DNA of 64,000 nt from Octopus sinensis (Eukaryota): positions 10,726,001 to 10,790,000 of the forward strand of contig NC_043012.1 in the NCBI RefSeq assembly GCF_006345805.1. Direction: 5' to 3'. Of this stretch, positions 13,290-26,372 are shown in pieces; positions within the stretch are counted from its first letter, which is position 1; each line of letters starts with the position of its first letter. The position numbers and the translations under genes were made by a program. The notes beneath the pieces were generated by a model that saw only the letters and a program-made list of their open reading frames with translations, ran no database searches and had not been told where the DNA came from.

Positions 13290-13960
13290 GTTCCTTAATG
13301 ATGCAGCTGCTCTATTATTCCTATGTGAAGTTCGTAGACATTACTGTGTTCTTTAATTTCCAAATTTGCTTGGATATTCTTGTAGTGTTTTCTAGAAGAC
13401 GATGGCAAAACGAACTGCTGTGTTGAAACGGAGAGTTTTTTTTTAAATGTATTCCCTGTCAGTCATATGTAGCAGATTAAGGTATTGTTAAATGGACAAG
13501 CGAATGTCGTATGAGAGATTTCTTTATAGGTGTTTGCCGTATACAGCGACAATTGCATGTCAACCCTCGTAGCTAGTGTGACCGCAGAATACCTCCACTT
13601 TTTATCATGCTTGAAACACTCTTCATATAGTTAAAGCTCACCTTTACGTTGTTCTGGTTAGCTAATGTAATCTGTGGTCGTTTGGAAAGTTTTGCAGATA
13701 TTTCTTTTTTCCTGCTTCCATCTTATGCGCTATAGTCATGCCAGGGCACTATATTCGATACTGCTACACCCTTCATCTGGTATGTAGTATTTGATTACTC
13801 AGGGTTCGATATCACTGTATTTGCCTCTCTTGCTATGATATAGGTTCGTCCACTATCCTACACCGTAGCATATTCTAGTATTGGTTGAATGTGTTAACAT
13901 CTACTTTACACAGAGTATATAAGATGATATTAAAGAACTGTGGTCCTTATTTATAGTTTT
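13290..13960 (-). mobile_element. Decayed CR1/L2-like LINE reverse-transcriptase 3' remnant
   Basis: Minus strand 13858-13893 reads HIQPILEYATV*, resembling the RPILEY motif of CR1/L2/Jockey RT C-termini. Surrounding frames are broken. Confidence 0.4.
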
Positions 13961-15071
13961 TTTTTTTACTCCTTTACTCGTCTGCTTCATTGTCTTCTAG
14001 ATCAATGATGTCAACGAATGGCAGGTAGTTAGGCAGAGATGTTTCTAATTGGACAGAGGGAAAGAGGGTAGAAACTACAGGGTGGCTGAGATGAACATAG
14101 CAGTTTCCTGTCGCTGCATTTAAAGAAGTCGAACAATGCTTAGAAATGAAAATATCATCAGACGGAAACAAGCAACAACCACGAGCAGTGGTGATCGTTT
14201 TAGCTGATACAAAGCTTTGAAGTTCAGATTTGTTCAATACACTTGAAGGAAATAAAATCGTGTTTCGCTGCACGTCACCATTGATCTGGTGTCAGAAAAT
14301 GATTGTTCATCGATAATATCCGATCAAACAAACTTCACTTAAGAGCGCCCAATTCATTCTACAATTTTTCTTTACGCTTCACACATTTTAAAATGTTATC
14401 GCTTTATTAATTGGAATGTCAGTATTTCATTGATGTTGTTGTTTTCATTTATGATTGATTACAGAAAGTAAACAGCCACGTGGTTGATAGAATACAAGGT
14501 AACTGGAGCAAGTTGGTATCAAGTCGAATCTCACCTCAGAATAAAACTTCCTTGAGTGTGAAAAACTTGTATTAAGGAGTGAAGACAAAACATTAGTCTT
14601 TATTTTGAGGAATCTCTGAGGACATTTCGACCGGTTAGAAGAGTCTATTTCCCCGTGCCTTTCACTACGGTTACCGTTCCACTAGTTATGGACTTTCAAA
14701 CCAACTAGCATTGAAGATGAAGTTAGTGAAAACAGAAATGTTTCAGATAAGGTCAGAATACAAAATTACGTTTTTCTCTTACAACTTTCGTATCAGCGCA
14801 ATAAACTATCCCAATATTTCATCCAAGACTTTTAACTAAAAATGTAAATGAAGGTGAGAGACATTTATTTTCAGTTTCTTGAAGTAATCTCCTCTTTCTT
14901 TGAGAGTTGCTAACAATAACCAAGTTTTTTTTCTTTTTCTCCAACTAAAAGAGAAATTTCCATGGCAATGTATTGGTGTGGGATATATGAAAGACAATAT
15001 AAATGGAAGTATGGAATGTGGGGCCGTAAAAAGGGTTCCATTGGCTTGAAGTATGAGTAGAGAATAATATG

Positions 15072-15421
15072 CGTCCCCAAAGTCTATCCCCTCCTCACCG
15101 TGGTGGGGACGCTGGCAACGGGTAGTGTCAGAGCTATGCCGTCGGGAACTTCGGTTCCTGGTAGGGCCACCCAAGGCGGATTGGTCTGACACCGAGTGGT
15201 ATTAGGGCCGCAACCCGTGAAAATCCTCGGAGTGTTTCGGCAACCGGCGGCTCCTCGGTCGTTCTGTCCCTGCGTCTGCGGACAATCTGCGGCAAACAGG
15301 GTGTCTCTACATGCGGAATTATGGGGGACCGCTTGTGAAATCCACATATTCCCACCAAACTTCTTCCAAGGAAGAAGCCGATTCAACCAGCCCAGGGTGA
15401 ATGTCGCCACAAGTACAAGTA
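15072..15421 (+). mobile_element. Internally deleted RTE-type non-autonomous element, 350 bp, 13-bp TSD
   Basis: TSD agagaataatatg at 15059-15071 and 15422-15434. The 5' part has the RTE 5'-UTR-like agagctatgccg...ggtagggccacccaagg; the 3' part ends in an ACAAGT tandem tail. Confidence 0.7.
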
Positions 15422-16351
15422 AGAGAATAATATGAGTGCGAGGAGGAATTGAGTCATGCATGGTGATTATAAAAAGTGTTATTTATTGTCATAAGCATTC
15501 CATTCAATTCTCACTGGTTGTTAATGGTTGACTGGTGTTAGTCTTTTTTTTTCTATTATCAGAATTGCTTTTTTTATCCGTAGTTTTCCGATATTGACGT
15601 CTACAACTGTGATGGTAACTGTGATATGTTCTTGAATTTTTCAATGTCGATTTGTTTGAAAGGTGATCTTGCAAACTCAGGAACGTCCTTGGATTCAGAT
15701 GTCTAAAAGATGAATCATTCTACCAAGGTCAGATTTTGGCATACTGCATCTGATGTACGTCATAAGTTCACAAATACATGTCTGCGGTGGAGCAGTTGGC
15801 TAGTATGTCCAAGTTTCTGTCCTTGGGGAAACGTTACCTTGAAAGGATTTTCCAAAGGGGGTGTCTCGAGTGGATCAGCTTTAAATCAAGACTTTCCTAA
15901 CGGATGTCCTTTCCGCTAAGCTAACAATGATTTTACTGCCACTGGATGGAAACAAGTGATAGGATTTTCCCCCGTCTCTTGGGCTTCGATGACTGGAAAC
16001 AACTGATAACAGTTGCTGAACATCCATTGACTTCCAACATATTTTAGAATGGATGGCCAGATCGTCTGACACCTAAGGAATATTTTACCCGAAATACCAG
16101 GACTAATTAAATATGCCAAAGGTAACATTTCAAAATCTTCGTTATTGGTACTATTGACATTTAATATTCAATCTACGTTGCAACAGTCTCTATAACATAC
16201 AAACTTTCGATTCATACTTTATTTTGAAACAGTGTTATATATCAAATATTAAAAACTTTACACTTATACCTACGACCTTACCATTGATATTCTATTCTGA
16301 TACCATAATTCTGTTGAGGGTATTAGAACGAAGGATAAATGTTATAGTTAC

Positions 16352-16412
16352 CTTGTGTTTTTGACACTTTCGAAGGCATTAACCTAGCTTGCTGACATTC
16401 CAATTGTTTCTC
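16352..16412 (-). CDS. SCAPER: SCAPER penultimate coding exon, 61 nt, phase 0/1 (EKQLECQQARLMPSKVSKTQ+G)
   Basis: Strong acceptor tttctttttctttttgcag and donor AAG|gtaact. Open in phase 0 and ends in phase 1, exactly bridging the phase-0 donor at 58360 and the phase-1 acceptor at 5206. Absent from the ORF track. Confidence 0.85.
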
Positions 16413-16821
16413 CTGCAAAAAGAAAAAGAAATATTTGTATTAAATTATTAAAGTCACACACATTCCTCCATTACATATTTACAAAAGTACATGAACCATA
16501 TCCAATCTTATATCATCATAATCATCATTATCATCATCATCATTTAACGTCTGTTTTCCATGCTAGCATGGGTTGGACGGCTTGAAAGGAGCTAGCTAGG
16601 CCGGGGTTCAAACCAGTTTCCAGTCTGTTCTGGCATGGTTTCTACGGCTGGATGCCCTTCCTAAACACCAACCACTTTACAGAGTGTAGTGGGTGCCTTT
16701 TCACGTGGCACCATCACCTGCATCAATTCTGCTATTGTGGGCGAGTCCTTCTGAGTACAGAAATGGCGCTAGATATCTCGGACCTTTGACAAGTTCGTGA
16801 GGCCCAGTCTCTTTCCCTCTC

Positions 16822-16862
<41 letters not shown>

Positions 16863-17912
16863 AGATGTGGCTGTGTGGTAAGAAGTTTGATTCTCAACCA
16901 CATGGTGCAGGGTTTAGTGCCACTGAGCGACACCTTGGGCAAGTCTCTTCTACAATAACCTCGGACAGACCAAAGCCCGGTGAGTGAATTTGATAGACGA
17001 AAATTGAAAGGAGCCTGTCGTATATATGTATATATATATATATATATGTTTATGTGTGTTTTTGTTTATCCTTCACCACAAACAATCAGTACTGGTGTGT
17101 TTACATCCCCGTAACTTAGCAGTTCGGCACAAGAGACCGATAGAATAATTACCAGACCTTAAAAAATTAAAAACAGAGGTCGATACATTCGACTAATAAA
17201 TGTCCTTGAAGACGGTGTTTCAGCATGGCTGCAGTCTAATGAGTGAAATAAGTTGAAAAAGATTATGGAAAAAAAAGAAAAGAAAAAAGAAAACTACAAG
17301 GTGGGCCAAAAGTCAAGCATTAAAACATTCGGCACTTTATTTTTTTAATACATTATTATAATTATCATTATTCATTTTGTTCATCATGTACAAGTCCGTA
17401 TGTAGTCATCATTATTCTATTCATTTAATACAAACTTTAGGAAAAAAAATGACAGGAGTTGCTGTGTGGTAAGTAGCTTGCTTACCAACCACATGGTCCC
17501 GGGTTCATTCCCACTGCGTGGCACCTTGGGTAAGTGTCTTCTACTATAGCTGACCAAAGCCTTGTGGGTGGATTGATAGACGGAAACTGAAAGAAACCCG
17601 TCGTATATATATATAATATATATATAATATATATAATATATATATATATATATATAAATATACATATGTGTGTGTGTGTGTGTATATGTTTGTGTGTATA
17701 TGTTTGTGTGTCTGTGTTTGTCCCCCCAACATCGCTTGACAACCGATGGCGATGTGTTTAGGTCCCCGTAACCTAGCGGTTCGGCATGAGAGACCGATAG
17801 AATAAGAAACTAGGCTTCCAAAGAATAGGTCCTGGGGTCGATTTGCTCGACTAAAGGCGGTGCTCCAGCATGGCCGCAGTCAAATGACTGAAACAAGTAA
17901 AAGAGAAAGAGA
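16863..17912 (+). mobile_element. Two SINE family B copies (~16863-17262 and ~17452-17912)
   Basis: Both show the ggctgtgtggtaag head, a (TA)n/(TG)n spacer and a ...gcatggc(c/t)gcagtc..atga(c/g)tgaaa 3' half. Confidence 0.85.
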
Positions 17913-18320
17913 GAATTCCGGAACGTACTGAACTAATTTTGAGAGAGACTTTTGGTCCATCACATGCGTCTGTATTTGTTATATTACTATTCTTCGACAG
18001 TAGCCTTAGTTATGTCTAATAGGGGCCGAGTGCAATCGAAAGTAGTTTATAAATAATTAATAATAAATAACGGAACTCATTAGTGATTCTAGTGAATGTA
18101 AATACAAGCCGAATTGTACAGAGATGCTATACAAGAGTGGGTCGCGTCATAATGCAAGAGAGAGGAGAGGATATTTCGAGAGAAGAGATATACGAAGAGA
18201 ATGGAGTAAATATTAGCGGAAAGAATTATTTCGCAACAACTTGCGTTATGCTACAGTATTAGCAAACATTCGCATCAAGCTGCAGCATTAGAAACCACTA
18301 ATTTTTGTTACATTGTTGCA

Positions 18321-18705
18321 CTGTTGTTGGCACTCCGTCGGTTACGACGACGAGGGTTCCAGTTGATCCGATCAACGGAACAGCCTGCTCGTGACATTAA
18401 CGTGCAAGGGACTGAGCACTCCACAGACACGTGTACCCTTAACGTAGTTCTCGGGGGAGATTCAGCGTGACACAGAGTGTGACAAGGCTGGCCCTTTGAA
18501 ATACAGTTACAACAGAAACAGGAAGAAAGAGAGAAAGTTGTGATAAAAAAGTACAGCAGGGTTCGCCACAATCCCCTGCCGGAGCCTTGTGGAGCTTTAG
18601 GTGTTTTCGCTCAATAAACACTCATAACGCCCGGTCTGGGAATCGAAATCGCGAATCTACAACCGCGAGCCAGCTGCCCTAACCACTGGGCCATTGCGCC
18701 TCCAC
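18321..18705 (-). mobile_element. tRNA-derived SINE family D, full length, 11-bp TSD
   Basis: TSD acattgttgca at 18310-18320 and 18706-18716. tRNA-like head ggaggcgcaatggcccagtggttagggcagc...gcgatttcgattccc on minus. Confidence 0.9.
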
Positions 18706-20026
18706 ACATTGTTGCATTAGTAAATTAGCAACCATTGTCATTAGCTGTACTACAGCATTACTAACCGCTCTAATTACGTATAGCACAGCGTTTGCAACGA
18801 CTCTCATTACATCTTTTTCATTAGTTACACCACAACATTTGCAACCACTTTTAATCTACAGTGTTAGCAACTACTTTCATTATACCATATCAATAGCAAC
18901 CACTATCATCATTACACTAACAACCGGACTTTACGTTCCGAGTTCAATTTCCGCCGAGGCCGATTTTGCCTTTCATCCTTTCGGGATCGATAAATTAAGT
19001 ACCAGTGAAACACAGAGGTCGATGTATTCGAATAGATCCCTTACCCCAAATTTCAGGTCTTGTGCCTTTAGTAGAATCATTATTATTATTATTGAGTGAG
19101 AGAGCAACGCATGCCGTCAAAGTGACACAGAGGCACAAATATATGAAGTCCAAACCACCCATCATGACTACCCGTCTCATAAGGGTACACAAGGCGCATG
19201 TTATTATTATTATTATTATTTACCAGTCCCACCATCATCACAACTCCCAGTCCTCACCAGAGCAGCAGAAATCACTATTACTACTACTACTACGTCCACC
19301 ATCACTAAACCAGTAGCAAAATGAGCAGCTGTTCTTATACCTGCCACCACCACGCCATCACAAATTGCCATCAACACCACCACCACCACCATCTACATTT
19401 ATTACAGTCTCCACCGGTACACCACCACCTCCTCCACCACCACCACCACCATCTATATAAACTAATTCTCCCGAACGACCATCACCACTACCGCAGCCGC
19501 TCCATCACCTGAAGCCATATTACCACCAGGCTAGTCGCGTCACACCCAATTTACGCAACAGGACAGAAGAGTGATCCCGGCTTTAATTCTATTGAACAGG
19601 AGCAACGGTAGAAATCACAGCCTGATCGAATTAGACAGGGGACTCCATGGGCTGGGAGGGTGTGGTGGTGGTGGTGGTGGTGGTGGTGACGGTGGCGGTT
19701 GACGAGGGGGGTGGGGGGTTAATGTCGTGGTGACGAGGAGAGGAAGGGGAAGCGGGGGTAGTAAGTTTGCCGTCGACGAGAGCTTTCGTTTTTTTCCTAG
19801 ACGTAAGTGGGTGTATGCGCGTGCAAGCGTATATGTGTGTGTGTGTGTGTGTGTGTAAAGTGAATTTAAAATATTCGCGACAGCCCGCATGGCGTCTTTT
19901 TGGCGATGTACTTACATTACTCAATCTCTCTCTCTCGCTCTCTCCTCAGACACAGACACAATGTAGATACATGCCAGGTTTCGTACAAATTAATATACAC
20001 ATACCTACGAGTGCGATGCAGAGAGG

Positions 20027-20083
<57 letters not shown>

Positions 20084-20558
20084 ATTAAAGGTCCGTCTAC
20101 AGATAAACGTAAAAAGGTATATATTTTTTAATAGGAAACTCTACAACAAAATGCAATATTGTTAACTAGACACACGCACACACACAAACACGCACACAGA
20201 CACACGAACACACACACGCACACACACACACAAACACGCACACACACACACACGCACGCACGCGCGCACACACACACACGCAATGTGTGGGTTCCGGCAC
20301 AGTCTCCGCCAACCGAAATTTTGTCAGAACGTATTAGTTGACTTTAGGTCAAGCCAAGGTGTCATTAGATGGCATCGAACCCGAAACGGCGCAGATGTGA
20401 GACGAACTTCTTAGCAAGACAGCATTGGACTGCGGCCACGCTGGGGCATCGCCTTGAAGGTTTACAGCCTAACTATTCGATCCCAATCAGTTTTTTAAAG
20501 CCTGGTACGTGTTCTATCGGTCTCTTACACTGAATACACACATACGTATACATGTATA

Positions 20559-20954
20559 GGATCTTTTCGGTTTGACCGGCAGTTTTTTAAAAATAATTTC
20601 CACGTAACTAAACACTTTTAAACTTCGTATACTGGTAGAATGTGTTTATAAAACATCTTTTTCTCTTGGCTTTATTGAGAAAATTCTATAGTTTGTAAGA
20701 TGCTGTTTTTTTTCTTCAATTTCTGCAATTTCAACCAATCAATGACGTCTATTGAGGTGAAAACATTCTGTGCCGTATGAATATGTCCCTCGTTTAAGAA
20801 ACAGATTGGGTTTATTTACATTTCTGAAGGAAAAAAAAGATACCCTTCCCCCCACCCCTAACTCTAACCCTAAAACAGATTGAAATGCAATAGATCGATA
20901 CAAGGGTATAATTATGGGTGACAATTTCATATGACATTCAAACCGAAAAGATCC
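20559..20954. mobile_element. Merlin-like MITE (GG-starting TIR, 8-bp TSD)
   Basis: TIR ggatcttttcggtttga; flanks catgtata / caagtata (7/8 match). Inverted homologue of 43064-43476. Confidence 0.75.
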
Positions 20955-21710
20955 CAAGTATATATTAAACGTATAACTACATGCGTGTTATACGCGCACG
21001 TGGTGTGTATGTGAGTGTGTATGCGTTAACTTACTAATGTTGAACACAAATCTCTGGGGTTTTTTTCCCCATACAACCGTCAGCTCCGAGTAGTTCTATA
21101 AATTGAACATATGACTTATAGCCTTATATTGCTGATCACAGAAAGAATTATACGCACCGCCTGAAGAGAAAGAGTTTTCGAAACAGAAGGCACGAGACAG
21201 AAATCGCATACATTTTCTTTACATCGGGGATCAGATTGTAAACCGTTACCTTCTATTCTTTTACACATCAGGCCTACGGTTGAAGCTCGAAATAATCAAA
21301 ACTTCATATGAAGATCTGTTGAACTATTTCGGCGAAAATATCTCATTTTGTTGTAGTTTCCTATTAAAAAATATATACCTTTGTACGTTTATCTGTAGAC
21401 CTTTAATAGCCTCTCACTCTCTCTCCATCGCACTCATAGGTATGAGAGGTAATGCAGAGCAATCCTCAGCTGCACAAAGACTGGAGTGAAGGCAGCATGT
21501 TCTTTGTCTATCTCCTTAACTTCTTGGAGATTTTAGGTATAATTATACTAATGTGTCCATCTGTTTTAATTTAATTTAATTTTATGTCTTTGTGCAGCTG
21601 AGGATTGCTCTGCATTTAAATTGATGTAATGAATTGCATTGTCCAATTAAATGTAGTTGCATGAAACGATCGCACTGCATTACCTCTGGATATCCTTGTT
21701 GCTTATTTTG

Positions 21711-21744
<34 letters not shown>

Positions 21745-21746
<2 letters not shown>

Positions 21747-21888
21747 CAGGCTTCTTTCAGTTTCCGTCTACCAAATCCACTCACAAGGCTTTGGTCGGTC
21801 CGAGGCTATAGTACAAGGCACTTTCCCAACGTGCCACGCAGTGGGACTAAACCCGGAACCACGTGGTTGGTAAGCAAGCTACTTTCCA
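21745..21888 (-). mobile_element. SINE family B, 5' half
   Basis: gacaggcttctttcagtttccgtctaccaaatccactcacaaggctttgg... An equivalent 5'-half copy lies at ~35303-35463. Confidence 0.8.
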
Positions 21889-23246
21889 TGTACTGTGTGC
21901 TATTTTTCATGCGTTCTCCTCCAAAACCTACACACGCACACACACACACATACATACATACATACACGTGCATTCCTTTTTATACGCGCGCGTGTGTATG
22001 TGTACATACATATACACTACTATGTTGAGAACGATAAAAAGGAGAAGCAGACACGAATTTTGGTAAAAATATACTGTAAGCATGAAATTTCTTTGTTTAA
22101 TTCAAGAATACGACGTTTCTCTACTTGATGATGGTGGAAATTAGTAGATTCCGTATTTGTGAGTGTCTCTTTTTCTGTCTGTTGGCCTGTTTGTATGTGT
22201 GAATGTGAGTGTGTGTGTGTGTGTGTGTACAGACACACACACACACACACACACACAGTCACAAGAAGTACTGAACTTTATGTAACAGTGTGTGTCTCAT
22301 GTTTTTGTGTAGCTTTTATTGCACAGGAATGCAGAATATCTTTATAAGAGTAGAAACCTGATGTATCTAAATATTATACATGGGCACACAACCTATACAC
22401 GCAGAGTTCGCACGTGGAAGAGACTACAGAAGTAATCCCATACCATTAGTTTCATATATTTCCGCAGAAAAACGTGATCACCAGTGACGATACACATAAG
22501 AAAACAGAAAAGAAAGGAAAGGAGACACACATATACAAAGAAAACGCGCAGGCATGTTCATATATATCTTTTATATACATTCACATTTAAAATGTAAGAA
22601 TATTAGTTATATTTATACACTCAACTCTAGTTCATTAAATACATAAAAAAAAGACAAACGTATTGTCATAGTGTTTGGGGGTGTGAACAATAAAGACTTG
22701 AATTATAATTCATCACTTGAAACAAGTGAAGATACACACACACACACGCACAAAACGAAAACCAGTCGACGCCAGACAGCAATGCATTGAGGTCGACGTT
22801 GTAAGAAGAAGAGATCCGCTCGATGAGCCGGAAAATGAAACAGCGATACGAGGCAGCAATAAGAAAGCATAAGTCATAAGTCATATGTGGCATAAGTCAT
22901 ATGTGGCACACGTGATGCAGGAGATTCGTGAACCTATTGTCTCGTTTAGGACGTGCGATCGGTGGAGCAACGGAAGGAAGAAAAAAAAAATGATCGCGCC
23001 AAATACCAAACTCTTCTTTTGGCACCATCATCACAATCGCCGCCACTGAATTGCCATTATTGTACAATGGAGAGAAAGGAGAGAGAGAGAGAGAGAGAGA
23101 GATGTACTGATAGAGACGTAGAAGTAAGAGATAGGCAGCTCTTATACCAGTTCTTCGGAACAGCCTTAAGAGGAATGCTGCCATGATGACTGACCTCCCA
23201 AAGACTTGAGTGGTAGGAAAAAGAGACCCCACCTTCTCTCTCTCTA

Positions 23247-23292
<46 letters not shown>

Positions 23293-23966
23293 ATAGAGAG
23301 TGTGTGTGTGTGTGTATGTGATAGAGAGTGTGTGTGTGTGTGTGTGTAGCTTAATTGTCAGGAATCTATAATGGTTGCTGTTATTGTGAGAGACATACCA
23401 AACTAAGAAAAAAAAAAAAAGCAAACACAATTTCCTAGACTGAAGCCATTAGTAGCACCTAGCCGAGTGAAGAGCGTGAGTGAGCAAACACTCTCTCCCT
23501 CCTCCGCCCAGCCCAATCGAGTCCTTTCGTCAGCTTTATAGAGTGTGAAGTTGCTGGTTGAGTGGAGAAGGATAATGGCTGAAATAGCCAAATGTATAAA
23601 GAATTGCACACAAAGTTGATGCTGTTCTCGTATATCAGCTACAGGTTATTGTTGTTGCTTAGCTCCCTTTGTTGTTGTATCAGCTCTAATCAAATAGAGA
23701 TCTCGGATCGAAGGCGTTACAATCGTGACCATTTCGACAGATTTTTTTCTCTTCTTCTTGCACACAGTAAGTAGGACAAAATCATTTGCTACTTCCTTTC
23801 GTGTGTAGCGTAATTGCAGAAGCATTTGGCTGTAGATTCTTGTTAATTCGAGCAACGATAGGGTCTCTGTAGGTTCGTATATTTCTGAATCTTGTTTAGT
23901 CTCGATTAGAAATCTGACGGAATTTTTTTTATTTTTTATACGCTGGATAAAATATTATTATTATTT

Positions 23967-24308
23967 AGGCGGCGAGCTGGCTGAATCGTTAACAAGCTGG
24001 ACGAAATGCTTAGCGGTGTTTCGCCCGTTGCTACGTTCTGAGTTCAAATTCCGCCGAAGTCGACTTTGCCTTTCATCCTTTCGGGGTCGATAAATTAAGT
24101 ACCAGTGAAACACTGGGGGTCGATGTAATCGACTAGTCCCTTCACCCAAAAGTTCATGCCTTCTGCCCGCCGAGGTCGACTTTGCCTTTTATCCTTTCGG
24201 GATCGACAAATTAAGAACCAGTCAAGTACTGGCGTCGATGTAATCGACTATCCCTCTCCCCATAAATTCCAAGCTTTGTGCCTATAGTACAATGAATTAT
24301 TATTATTT
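23967..24308 (+). mobile_element. SINE family A plus tandem 5'-truncated second copy
   Basis: Full head at 23967; the core restarts at cgccgaggtcgactttgcc ~24167; (ATT)n tail. Confidence 0.85.
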
Positions 24309-24804
24309 GGGGCTAGCAAAGACTAGGGCAAATGGCTTGGCATCTGGAATGTCGTCAAGCGCCTCTAGACCTCACCAAGTTGAGCCATGCTGTCGGTATT
24401 GAAGTTCAATCAGGGCCTTCTATAGAGAGGGTTAGTGACGGGCAAGACCGACGACATTCTCAAGGAAATCAGCCGTCGGCGGAAATCAATTGGCTGGTCT
24501 GCTCAGGTGGACTTTCAGGCCGAGGCCCATTGATAATTTCCAGAGATCTCTGACCTAGCAATGAAATCGTTGTGTGCCTGTGTGTGTAGAGGGACGTTGT
24601 AGGTTCGAGATAAATTTTGCAGGCACAGAAATGCTACCAGCCGAGTTTTCTCGAGATGCGTGCAGAATGACAAGTCAAACGATCGGGACTCCTCACCGAA
24701 AATCAGCGTTATTTTCAGCATATGACTTATTTATTTTAACGCGTTTCGTCTCCGCCCCAGGGAGAACGGGTGGCAGAGCCGACTTCGCCGCGACTTGAAC
24801 ATGA

Positions 24805-25175
24805 TACAGGCGTGACTTTGTGATAAGAAGCTTGTTTCCGATCACATCGTACCGGGTTCAGTCCCACTGCTTGGCACTTTGGTTGCAAGTATCTTCTACT
24901 ATAGCTTCGGGCCAACCAAAGCTTTGTGAGTGGATTTGGTAGACGGAAACTAAAAGAAGCCCGTCGCGCGCGCGTGTCGCATCATCACTACTTGACAACC
25001 AGTGTTGGTGTGTGTACCTCCCCGTAACTTAGCGGTTCGACAAAAGGGATCGGTAGAATAAGTACCAGGCCTTTTAAAAAAAATGTACTGGGGTCGATTC
25101 ATTTGACTAAAATTCCTTAAGGCGGTGCCCCAGCATGGTCGCAGTCTAATGACTGCAACAAGTAAAAGATAAATA
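24805..25175 (+). mobile_element. SINE family B
   Basis: Family B head, cgcgcgcg spacer and 3' half. Confidence 0.8.
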
Positions 25176-25749
25176 AATAAGGAATACCACGACAACTCCT
25201 GCTAGGCATTTCTAAAACGTTTCTGCCAGCATTGGAACTCGGTGTAAAAGCAGCAAATAACCTTCTATTATACAAACGCAACCAGAAAAACAGAAAATTT
25301 CGGTATACTTCCTGGTATTTGATTGCCAATTAATGAAAACAAAATTTCTTGACAACAATAATAAATAAAAGTTAAAAGTAAAAACTAAACAGTTTTTTTA
25401 AAAAATATAACTAAAACAAAGAGTGGGCGGAAAAAGAAGAAGAAGAAGAAAATGAGGAATTTTTCATTATTCAACTTGGGAATGTCACAGAAATCTAAGA
25501 AAAAAGGGTTCGCAGATGGAACTAAAGAGTAAATAATTCTATAAACTATGACAGAGGATTTGGTAAAGTATATGCGTGGGGTGGGGGAGTGATGGCGGTG
25601 GCTTGGGTGGATGGCTTCGTTTAATTATGCGTGTGTGTGTGTGCGGGGTGCATGAGGTGTCTGTGTTTGTATGTGTATATTTTTTAGCGTGTATATTTGT
25701 ATGTGTGTTTGCGTTGATGAGAGTATGTCTAGTATTCTTTTATTATTTT

Positions 25750-26372
25750 GTTTGTCATTTTGACTGCGGCCATGCTGGGGCACCGCTATAAAGGGTTTCA
25801 GTCGAAGAACTCGACCCCAGGACTTATTTCTATCGGCCTCTTTTGCCGAACCGCTTATGTTACGGGGACGTAAACGCACCAGCATCGGTTATCAAGCGAT
25901 GTTCGGGGCAGGGGACAAAAATAGACACATACACACAAATACATATATTTTATTTCTTTATTGCACACAAGGGGCTAAACCTAGAGGGGACAAACAAGGA
26001 CAGACAAAGGAATTAAGTCGATTACATCGACCCCAGTGTGTAACTGGTACTTAATTTATCGACCCCTAAAGGATGAAAGACAAAGTCGACCTCGGCGGAA
26101 TTTGAACTCAGAACGTAGCAGCAGACGAAATACCGCTAAGCATTTCGCCCGGCGTGCTAATGTCTCTGCCAGCTCGCTACCTTACTTATATTTATGTAAG
26201 GTGGTTATATATTTACATATTATATATATACATACATATATTTATGACGGGCTTCTTTCAGTTTCCGTCTACCAAAGCCACTCACAAGACTTCGGTCGGC
26301 CCGAGGCTATAGAAACAGACATTTGCGCAAGGTGCCAAGAAGTGGGACTGAACCCAGAACTACGTGGTTGGG
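25750..26372 (-). mobile_element. SINE family B split by a nested long-tail SINE A (25951-26183)
   Basis: B 3' half at ~25750-25940 and 5' half at ~26245-26372 flank a near-consensus A copy. Confidence 0.85.

Noticed and set aside
13974-14273. 99-aa non-repetitive minus-strand ORF
   Set aside because: No recognisable domain, no convincing splice sites and no fit to the SCAPER exon phases.
15650-16130. Possible Penelope/GIY-YIG remnant on minus
   Set aside because: Only vague motif resemblance across many stops.
8168-17912. Inverted family B SINEs flanking the 61-nt exon as a circRNA driver
   Set aside because: A 61-nt single-exon circle is implausibly small, and the copies are diverged and 8 kb apart.
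21161-21185. CTGAAGA-GAAA..TTTC-GAAAC hammerhead core
   Set aside because: No NUH cleavage triplet and no stem I or III pairing in either topology. At best a dead relic.
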